This document shows positions 1 to 7,759 of a DNA stretch of 64,000 nt, in pieces. The notes under the pieces were generated by a model. It was given only the letters and a program-made list of their open reading frames with translations, was not told the origin of the DNA and made no database searches. The position numbers and the translations under genes are program-made. Positions within the stretch are counted from its first letter, which is position 1, and the number at the start of each line of letters is the position of its first letter. This stretch comes from a virus (taxonomy: Duplodnaviria; Caudoviricetes), in IMG/VR virus record IMGVR_UViG_3300027763_002462, positions 1-64,000 of that record. The stretch is one strand, 5' to 3'.

Positions 1-2607
1 CCATCTATTCCTGAAGTTCCGCTTGAACCATCTGTACCATTAGAACCTGAAGTTCCTGAAGAACCATCTGTTCCGTTGCTACCACTAGTTCCTGAAGAAC
101 CGTCTGTTCCATTACTACCACTTGTTCCTGAAGAACCATCTGTTCCATTTGAACCAGAAGTTCCTGAGCTACCATCTATACCACTAGTTCCTGAAGAACC
201 GTCTGTACCATTGCTACCACTAGTTCCTGAAGAACCGTCTGTACCATTGCTACCACTAGTTCCTGAAGAACCGTCTATTCCACTAGTTCCTGAGCTGCCA
301 TCCGTTCCGTTTGAGCCAGATGTTCCTGAAGAGCCATCTGTACCGTTAGAGCCACTAGTTCCTGAAGAACCATCTGTTCCGTTTGAACCTGAAGTTCCTG
401 ATGAACCGTCTGTACCATTACTTCCTGAAGTTCCTGATGAACCGTCTGTTCCATTAGAACCTGAAGTTCCTGAAGAACCGTCTGTTCCATTACTTCCTGA
501 TGTTCCTGAAGAGCCATCTATTCCACTAGTTCCTGAGCTACCATCCGTTCCATTACTTCCTGATGTTCCTGAAGAGCCATCTGTTCCGTTTGAACCAGAA
601 GTTCCACTTGAACCGTCTGTTCCATTTGAGCCAGAAGTTCCTGAAGTACCATTAACACCACTAATACCTGAAGTTCCTGAAGAACCATCTATACCGCTAG
701 TTCCTGAGCTACCATCTGTACCATTAGAACCTGAAGTTCCTGAAGAACCGTCTATACCACTAGTTCCTGAGCTACCATCCGTTCCGTTTGAGCCAGAAGT
801 TCCTGAAGAACCATCTGTTCCGTTGCTACCGCTAGTTCCTGAGCTACCATCCGTTCCGTTTGAGCCAGAAGTTCCTGAAGAACCATCTGTTCCGTTGCTA
901 CCGCTAGTTCCTGAGCTACCATCTATTCCACTAGTTCCTGAAGAACCATCTGTTCCGTTGCTACCGCTAGTTCCTGAGCTACCATCTATTCCACTAGTTC
1001 CTGAGCTACCATCCGTTCCGTTTGAGCCAGAAGTTCCTGAAGAACCATCTGTTCCGTTTGAACCTGAAGTTCCTGATGAACCGTCTATTCCACTAGTTCC
1101 TGAGCTACCATCCGTTCCGTTTGAGCCAGAAGTTCCTGAAGAACCGTCTATTCCACTAGTTCCTGAAGAGCCATCTGTTCCATTAGAACCCGAAGTTCCT
1201 GAGCTACCATCCGTTCCGTTTGAGCCAGAAGTTCCTGAGCTACCATCCGTTCCGTTTGAGCCAGAAGTTCCTGAAGAACCGTCTATTCCACTAGTTCCTG
1301 AAGAGCCATCTGTTCCATTAGAACCCGAAGTTCCTGAGCTACCATCTATTCCACTAGTTCCTGAAGAACCATCTATTCCGCTAGTTCCTGAAGAGCCATC
1401 AGTTCCATTAGAACCTGAAGTTCCGCTTGAACCGTCTGTACCGTTGCTACCACTAGTTCCCGAAGAACCATCTATTCCACTAGTTCCTGAAGAGCCATCT
1501 GTTCCATTAGAACCCGAAGTTCCTGAGCTACCATCTATTCCACTAGTTCCTGAAGAACCATCAGTTCCATTAGAACCTGAAGTTCCCGAAGAACCATCTA
1601 TACCGCTAGTTCCCGAAGAACCATCTATACCTGAAGTTCCACTTGAACCGTCTGTTCCATTTGAACCAGAAGTTCCTGAGCTACCGTCTATTCCACTTGT
1701 TCCTGAAGAGCCGTCTGTTCCATTAGAACCTGAAGTTCCTGAACTACCATCTATTCCACTTGTTCCTGAAGAACCATCTGTTCCATTGCTACCGCTAGTT
1801 CCTGAGCTACCATCTATTCCACTAGTTCCTGAAGAACCATCTGTTCCATTGCTACCGCTAGTTCCTGAGCTACCATCTATACCTGAGGTTCCTGAAGAAC
1901 CATCCGTTCCATTAGACCCTGAAGTTCCACTTGAGCCGTCTATACCGCTAGTTCCTGAAGAACCATCTGTTCCATTGCTACCGCTAGTTCCTGAAGAACC
2001 ATCTATTCCACTAGTTCCTGAACTACCGTCTGTTCCGTTTGAGCCAGAAGTTCCTGAGCTACCATCTATTCCACTTGTTCCTGATGAACCATCTGTTCCT
2101 GAGGTACCCGAACTACCATCTATACCGCTAGTTCCTGAAGAACCATCTGTTCCATTACTACCGCTAGTTCCTGAAGAACCATCTGTTCCATTACTACCAC
2201 TAGTTCCTGAGCTACCATCTGTTCCGTTGCTACCGCTAGTTCCTGAAGAACCGTCTGTACCATTAGAACCTGAAGTTCCACTTGAACCATCTATTCCACT
2301 AGTTCCTGAACTACCATCTGTTCCGTTACTACCACTAGTTCCTGAAGAACCATCTGTTCCGTTAGAACCTGAAGTTCCACTTGAACCATCTATTCCACTA
2401 GTCCCTGAACTACCATCTGTACCATTTGAACCTGAAGTTCCTGAAGAACCGTCTGTTCCGTTACTACCACTAGTTCCTGAAGAACCATCTGTACCATTAG
2501 AACCTGAAGTTCCACTTGAACCGTCTGTTCCGTTTGAACCAGAAGTTCCTGAGCTACCATCTATTCCACTTGTTCCTGATGAACCTGATGTTCCACTAGT
2601 TCCTCCT
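1..2607. repeat. Coding tandem repeat of 9-nt units forming 36-nt (GSSGTSGSNGTD) and 27-nt (GSSGTSGID) modules
   Basis: Plus-strand units such as cctgaagaa, ccatctgtt, ccactagtt and ccatctatt recur with synonymous third-position variation. Confidence 0.95.
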
Positions 2608-3449
2608 GTTATTACTACGGTAATGTTTCCACTACCATTATTTACTACCGATGCTCCACTGAATGTAATTCCTGAAACGGAAGTAACTGTTGTTGTTCCG
2701 TCTCCAACGGATAAGGCTGAGCCAGACCCTGAAGTTATACCTGTAATTGATACTACACTACCGTCACTATTATTAAGAGATAACGTTGAGGTACCACTGT
2801 TATATGTTCCTCCCGTTACTGTTCCTGTAAATCCTGTAACAGTTACAGTGGCTCCATAATTGTCGTATAATTGTAATGTAGTTGTTGCTGAAAAATATGT
2901 ACCTCCTGTAATAACAGTATCGTTCATATTCGCAACTTTCCATCTCGCATTTTCTCTTGTAACACCACTAACACCTTCAATAGTCGAACCTGTCCACGCA
3001 TTTAAAAACGCGGCTCCCGCTACAGTACTGTCTTCACATGTCCATCCAAATCCATCAAATCCAAGAGCTCCTGAAATTTGTGCAGCATCCCATAATGCAG
3101 CATAACCATCAATAATATATTGATATGTGGTATCCGCAGATATAACATATACCATCATACCTAAACGTCTTCTACCTGAAGATATTTCATCACTATTAAG
3201 TGTTAAAACATTTGGAAATTCATTTGGTGCATTATAATTGAATGCGATAGGTATAGTATTCCCACTATACAAAATTTGACCCGAGCTTCCCTCAGGTATT
3301 GTATAGTTTAAATTTTGGTGCGAGTAAACTTCCATATACCCACCTATAGAGTATACACTGAAGTTTGTACCATTACTGTTATCAAGAGAAACGCCGATTG
3401 GTCCTTCGTTGATAGTTCCTGCTATTGGATTTTGATAGTTAAAGCTCAT
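1..3449 (-). CDS. Collagen-like (Gly-X-Y) Ser/Thr-rich fibre protein, 3' end outside the window
   Basis: ATG at 3449 (MSFNYQNPIAGTINEG...). The frame stays open to position 1 (...GTSGIDG). About 280 aa of unique N-terminus, then about 870 aa of GSS/GTS/GSN/GTD/GID triplets. The ORF track lists only its antisense shadow (76..2859 +). Confidence 0.9.
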   Translation of the reverse strand, partial: MSFNYQNPIAGTINEGPIGVSLDNSNGTNFSVYSIGGYMEVYSHQNLNYTIPEGSSGQILYSGNTIPIAFNYNAPNEFPNVLTLNSDEISSGRRRLGMMVYVISADTTYQYIIDGYAALWDAAQISGALGFDGFGWTCEDSTVAGAAFLNAWTGSTIEGVSGVTRENARWKVANMNDTVITGGTYFSATTTLQLYDNYGATVTVTGFTGTVTGGTYNSGTSTLSLNNSDGSVVSITGITSGSGSALSVGDGTTTVTSVSGITFSGASVVNNGSGNITVVITGGTSGTSGSSGTSGIDGSSGTSGSNGTDGSSGTSGSNGTDGSSGTSGSNGTDGSSGTSGSNGTDGSSGTSGIDGSSGTSGSNGTDGSSGTSGSNGTDGSSGTSGIDGSSGTSGSNGTDGSSGTSGSNGTDGSSGTSGSNGTDGSSGTSGSNGTDGSSGTSGIDGSSGTSGTDGSSGTSGIDGSSGTSGSNGTDGSSGTSGIDGSSGTSGSNGTDGSSGTSGIDGSSGTSGSNGTDGSSGTSGIDGSSGTSGSNGTDGSSGTSGIDGSSGTSGSNGTDGSSGTSGIDGSSGTSGSNGTDGSSGTSGIDGSSGTSGSNGTDGSSGTSGIDGSSGTSGIDGSSGTSGSNGTDGSSGTSGIDGSSGTSGSNGTDGSSGTSGIDGSSGTSGSNGTDGSSGTSGSNGTDGSSGTSGIDGSSGTSGIDGSSGTSGSNGTDGSSGTSGIDGSSGTSGSNGTDGSSGTSGSNGTDGSSGTSGSNGTDGSSGTSGIDGSSGTSGSNGTDGSSGTSGIDGSSGTSGSNGTDGSSGTSGSNGTDGSSGTSGIDGSSGTSGSNGTDGSSGTSGIDGSSGTSGSNGTDGSSGTSGSNGTDGSSGTSGSNGTDGSSGTSGSNGTDGSSGTSGIDGSSGTSGSNGTDGSSGTSGIDGSSGTSGISGVNGTSGTSGSNGTDGSSGTSGSNGTDGSSGTSGSNGTDGSSGTSGIDGSSGTSGSNGTDGSSGTSGSNGTDGSSGTSGSNGTDGSSGTSGSNGTDGSSGTSGSNGTDGSSGTSGSNGTDGSSGTSGIDGSSGTSGSNGTDGSSGTSGSNGTDGSSGTSGIDGSSGTSGSNGTDGSSGTSGSNGTDGSSGTSGSNGTDGSSGTSGSNGTDGSSGTSGID

Positions 3450-3465
3450 AGTCTTTTTATTATTT

Positions 3466-5154
3466 TTATATTAAGGTGTTCCCTTTAAAGTAAACATTAT
3501 TTACTGAGGCATTTATTCTAAAATCTGTACCAGAATATGTCGTGTAAACACGATATGTTCCTGGAGGGATTGTTCCTCCCGTATAATTGATTGTTAGATT
3601 GTAATATGCTGAATTTAAATTTCTAGCGGTTAATGCGTTTGGATTATTTGCGGTATTTGTTCCAATTTGAGTCATAATCTGACCGTTTGTCGCTCCTGTT
3701 GAAACATACCATGTATACCAAGCATTACTTGGTGTTGTACCTCCTGATACTTGCGTAGTTTGGAACAAGTACGCATTGATTGGATTTCCGTAAAAATCGT
3801 TTCCTCCTGATGTCGGAGAAATTGTACCTGTAATAATTGCAGGTGAGTTTCCTCCCCATCCTGAGTAGTTCAAGTAAGCATTCATCTGTTGATTAAATGT
3901 TACAGCGTTTGCAGTAGTTGCTCCATTATTGAAGAATCCACGGAACGTTGAACCTTGAGATACCATCCATCCGTTGAAGTTAACATTCTGAGCTTGAGGT
4001 TCAATTGTTAAATATGCCAAGAATGGAGCTCCTGTTGGTGACGGTGTTTGGGTCATTGTTGGAGTCATACTATTAGTTGGAGTTGCAGTATTTGTTGGTG
4101 TTTGCGTTACTGTTGGAGTTTGTGTCATTGTTGGTGTAACTGTCGCAGTAGTTGTAGCAGTTGGTGTTGCAGTTGCTGTCTCAGTCGGTGTTGCAGTTAT
4201 CGAAGCTGTTGGAGTTGCGGTTGCGGTTTCTGTTGGTGTAGGTGTTGATGTTGCAGTTACGGTAGCAGTGTTAGTTGCGGTTACAGTCGGAGTTGGTGTT
4301 TGAGTATTCGTTGATGTTTGAGTAACACTTGGAGTATTCGTTGGTGTATTAGTAGGAGTTTCGCTTGGAGTACTTGTAGGAGTTTCTGTGTTAGTTGCGG
4401 TGTTGGTTGGTGTTTGAGTTGTTGTATTAGTTGGCGTATTTGTAGGAGTCTCACTTGGAGTCTGTGTTGGAGTTTCAGTATTTGTTGGTGTTACGGTTGG
4501 AGTATTAGTTGGTGTAGTTGTAGGAGTTTCTGTTGGAGTATTAGTTGGAGTTTCAGTATTAGTTGGAGTTACAGTTGCAGTATTAGTTGGTGTATTTGTT
4601 GGAGTTTCTGTTGGCGTTACCGTTGGTGTATTTGTAGGAGTTTCGCTTGGAGTACTTGTAGGAGTTTCTGTGTTAGTTGGTGTTACGGTTGTAGTGTTAG
4701 TTGGTGTTACGGTTGGAGTATTTGTCGGAGTTACTGTAGGTGTCTGCGTTGCAGTTTCAGTTGGCGTAGGACTAGCTCCTATTGTAGGAGTTGGACTTGG
4801 TGTATTTGTTGGTGTTGGCGTATTAGTTGCAGTCTCTGTTGGAGTCGGTGTATTAGTCGCAGTTTCTGATGGAGTTGGAGTTAATGTTGCCCCTGGAGTT
4901 ATCGATGGAGTTGGTGTTGGAGTAGGTGTTGTACAATCTAAAGAAACTACTACTCCGTTGAACATATCTGTTCTTGTATACCCTGAACCGAAGAACGATG
5001 TATTAACATAAATGCTAAATGGGCCTAACGCATTTGAGTTGGAAGCTAATCTTACTATGTATGTTGTACATGCACTTACACTAACTTGTTCAGTTACTGT
5101 AGTGTCATTACAACCAGGTGCGTTATTTACGACTAAAATATTATAAAGTGCCAT
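3466..5154 (-). CDS. Thr-Pro repeat (mucin-like stalk) virion/fibre protein
   Basis: 562 aa. About 300 aa of TPT/TNT/TET repeats lie between small Cys-containing N-terminal and globular C-terminal domains. TATTTAT motif upstream. Confidence 0.8.
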   Translation of the reverse strand: MALYNILVVNNAPGCNDTTVTEQVSVSACTTYIVRLASNSNALGPFSIYVNTSFFGSGYTRTDMFNGVVVSLDCTTPTPTPTPSITPGATLTPTPSETATNTPTPTETATNTPTPTNTPSPTPTIGASPTPTETATQTPTVTPTNTPTVTPTNTTTVTPTNTETPTSTPSETPTNTPTVTPTETPTNTPTNTATVTPTNTETPTNTPTETPTTTPTNTPTVTPTNTETPTQTPSETPTNTPTNTTTQTPTNTATNTETPTSTPSETPTNTPTNTPSVTQTSTNTQTPTPTVTATNTATVTATSTPTPTETATATPTASITATPTETATATPTATTTATVTPTMTQTPTVTQTPTNTATPTNSMTPTMTQTPSPTGAPFLAYLTIEPQAQNVNFNGWMVSQGSTFRGFFNNGATTANAVTFNQQMNAYLNYSGWGGNSPAIITGTISPTSGGNDFYGNPINAYLFQTTQVSGGTTPSNAWYTWYVSTGATNGQIMTQIGTNTANNPNALTARNLNSAYYNLTINYTGGTIPPGTYRVYTTYSGTDFRINASVNNVYFKGNTLI

Positions 5155-5249
5155 CCGCGGATTTTATTTAATAAATACCGCAAGTATTCTATTTCCTTAC
5201 TAATAATCTTAAAAATAATAAAATGAATATCTTTTTTTAAAATTATTTA

Positions 5250-5630
5250 TTAACAGCTTGGGTCTGATAAATTTAAATCATTAATAAAACAACTTGGGTC
5301 GGCTAAAGAAACTCCAAAAGTACAAGATGAATTTTGAATATTAATATCAACATTACAATTTGCCATCTCAATTGTAATTTGGAATGTACAACCAAAAGTA
5401 CAATTCAATATTTTGAATATTGAACAATTATTAGAGTCGACCAATGTCAACATTATTTGAGGTGCAGTCTGAAAAATTGAAGGTATAACAGTATTATAAT
5501 AAACTGTAGGTGGAACCGCAGAACTTATGGTACCAATCAAAGTTTGATAATTACCATAAACGTCCGATATATAAACACTAAACGGATACGCCGTACTCCC
5601 TGATATGTCTGTTATTCTAACTTGTGTCAT
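5250..5630 (-). CDS. Small Cys-rich structural protein (hypothetical)
   Basis: Likely start is the ATG at 5630 (MTQVRITDISG), which overlaps the upstream TGA in an ATGA junction. Confidence 0.7.
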   Translation of the reverse strand: MTQVRITDISGSTAYPFSVYISDVYGNYQTLIGTISSAVPPTVYYNTVIPSIFQTAPQIMLTLVDSNNCSIFKILNCTFGCTFQITIEMANCNVDINIQNSSCTFGVSLADPSCFINDLNLSDPSC

Positions 5631-7759
5631 GATAAGCACATTATGTCATAAACTATTATTAAGTCAATTACAATTTCTTGTCCTTGTAAGGATGTATTGT
5701 TTTTGCTTGTTTCAATAGTGATTTGATTATTTAATTGGTTGATAGTCACATTACCTATACCAGGAATACTCAACAATAAAGATTTTATAGTATTATACCA
5801 TAAATTATCACTTGGAGCTTGAACTAAAGATGTTGAAGTAAAGAATGGTTGGCTAACTACTATTCCTGCAGGATTTACCGATACTTTGGCAGTATATGTT
5901 GCATCAACTAAATTACAACTTGTATTACCTGTAGTTAAATCATAAAATCCTTCGTTCAACATTTGTAACATACCAAACTTAGTTGGTGAAGAAACGTTGA
6001 ATACTTCTGCACCCATAACATATGATTGATATGAAGCATAATTTTTATAACAATTAATACTTGTCGTTCTTGTTAAAGAACATCCATTATCATCAACTAC
6101 GGTTAAACTATATGTTCCTGCGGTTAATCCTGTAACTTGAATTTGTTGTGGCTCATTAGGAATATTGTCCGACCAATTAAAATTAAATGGTGGTTCACCT
6201 GACGATATAAATGCTGTTATCTGTCCATTACTACCACTACCACAAGAAGTACTATATAATGAAAAATCTAAACGTTGGCTGAACGGAATAAAAACAGTTT
6301 GATTTTGAACACACCCATCAGAATCAGTAACACTAACATTATGGGCTCCTGCCGATAAATTATTAAACGTTACCGCGCTTAAGTTAGTATCAAGTACGTT
6401 ATATAACCCATCTACAGAATAATCCAAAGGCATTGTACCTCCTGTTGTTGAATATATGGTTATTGTCCCATTATTTTGATTACAACTTGTTTCAGTAACA
6501 TTTGTTGAAATTGTAAATTTGTTTTCTGTTATAATGGTAACTTCTTGCATGTAAGAACACCCTGTCGAATCTGAAACTGCGACAGTATACGTCCCTGTAG
6601 ATAATCCATCAAAAACATAAGTTGTTTGAGAAGTGTTTATATTAAGTTGTGTACCATCTGGTGAAATTAATGTATAAGTATAAGGAGTTGCTCCACCAAC
6701 TACCGATATTTGAATTAATCCATTTGTACTTGAACAAGTTGAATTTTGATTAGTAACCAATACTGAAGTTATTCCTCCAGGAGTTTGTAATGTAGTTCCA
6801 GCAAATAATTGACAATACGCAGCATCTGTAACTTGGAAGTTATAATCACCCGCAGTCAATCCTGATAAACTATAAGTTTTTGAATATGATATTAATACGT
6901 TACCAGTTGATGCCGAATAATAATAGGGCGCAGTTCCTCCCGTGATAGTTAAATTAATAACACCATTATTTTGAAAACAACTTGGTGATGTTGAAGTTAT
7001 AATACCTAATCCAATTTGATTAACATTTGTTACCGACCCTTCCGCAGATTTTGTACATCCATATGCATCTGTTACAGAAACCGAATAACTACCTGAGGTT
7101 AATCCCGTAATGGTACTTCCTGTTTGACCGTTACTCCAAAGATATGAGAATGGAGCTTGTCCTGTTTGTCCTGTTACAATTATTTTACCTATTGGAGTTC
7201 CTCCACAACTTGAATTTGGTACAACATATAAACCAAAACTAAACTCTGTTGACGTGTCAATAATAAAACTTTGTGTCTCTCCCGTACATCCTCCTAAATC
7301 TTGGGCCACCATATAATAAGAACCATAATCAATTCCTCCAAAAACAACTTGCTCAGTATTGGTCACTGCTGATTGAATCAAGGTGTTACTCATATCATAC
7401 AAATAAAAATTTGTTGACGAATATTGAGATGTTGAAGTTCCTGTTACAGAACCATTGGCTAAATTACATGTTGTATCCTGCACCCCTAAAATTGAAGCAC
7501 AAACTCCGCTTGACACAGGTATGTTTATATAAAACTCTTGGTTAGTTGGTATTGTAGAATCATTAACTCTGATTACATACGTATCTGCCGACAATCCATA
7601 TCTAGATGAATAAAGTACTGCGGTATCTTGACCTAAATCAGGACTTGTCCATTGAACGGTATATGGTGCGGTACCTCCTGTTGGTACTATAGTAATAGCT
7701 CCACCATTATTTGATTGACAATCACCCGTAATCTGTAATATATAATTAAAAGCCGCCAT
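5627..7759 (-). CDS. SprB-repeat protein (putative receptor-binding/fibre component)
   Basis: About 7 repeats of C..NG.I....GG..PY.Y.WS.G.T...ITGL.AG.Y.V.V.D..GC, the pattern of Bacteroidota SprB-like repeats. Confidence 0.8.
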   Translation of the reverse strand: MAAFNYILQITGDCQSNNGGAITIVPTGGTAPYTVQWTSPDLGQDTAVLYSSRYGLSADTYVIRVNDSTIPTNQEFYINIPVSSGVCASILGVQDTTCNLANGSVTGTSTSQYSSTNFYLYDMSNTLIQSAVTNTEQVVFGGIDYGSYYMVAQDLGGCTGETQSFIIDTSTEFSFGLYVVPNSSCGGTPIGKIIVTGQTGQAPFSYLWSNGQTGSTITGLTSGSYSVSVTDAYGCTKSAEGSVTNVNQIGLGIITSTSPSCFQNNGVINLTITGGTAPYYYSASTGNVLISYSKTYSLSGLTAGDYNFQVTDAAYCQLFAGTTLQTPGGITSVLVTNQNSTCSSTNGLIQISVVGGATPYTYTLISPDGTQLNINTSQTTYVFDGLSTGTYTVAVSDSTGCSYMQEVTIITENKFTISTNVTETSCNQNNGTITIYSTTGGTMPLDYSVDGLYNVLDTNLSAVTFNNLSAGAHNVSVTDSDGCVQNQTVFIPFSQRLDFSLYSTSCGSGSNGQITAFISSGEPPFNFNWSDNIPNEPQQIQVTGLTAGTYSLTVVDDNGCSLTRTTSINCYKNYASYQSYVMGAEVFNVSSPTKFGMLQMLNEGFYDLTTGNTSCNLVDATYTAKVSVNPAGIVVSQPFFTSTSLVQAPSDNLWYNTIKSLLLSIPGIGNVTINQLNNQITIETSKNNTSLQGQEIVIDLIIVYDIMCLS

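Noticed and set aside
1-2607. Possible CRISPR array or non-coding satellite
   Set aside because: There are no unique spacers, units are multiples of 9 nt, and variation is synonymous, so it is a coding repeat.
76-2859. 927-aa Pro/Glu/Val-rich plus-strand ORF
   Set aside because: Antisense shadow of the Gly-X-Y gene (GGN read as CCN). The minus frame has a proper start, a unique N-terminal domain and the same orientation as all neighbours.
4048-5011. Cys/Trp-rich and Val/Gly-rich plus-strand ORFs
   Set aside because: Antisense products of the Thr-Pro repeat region.
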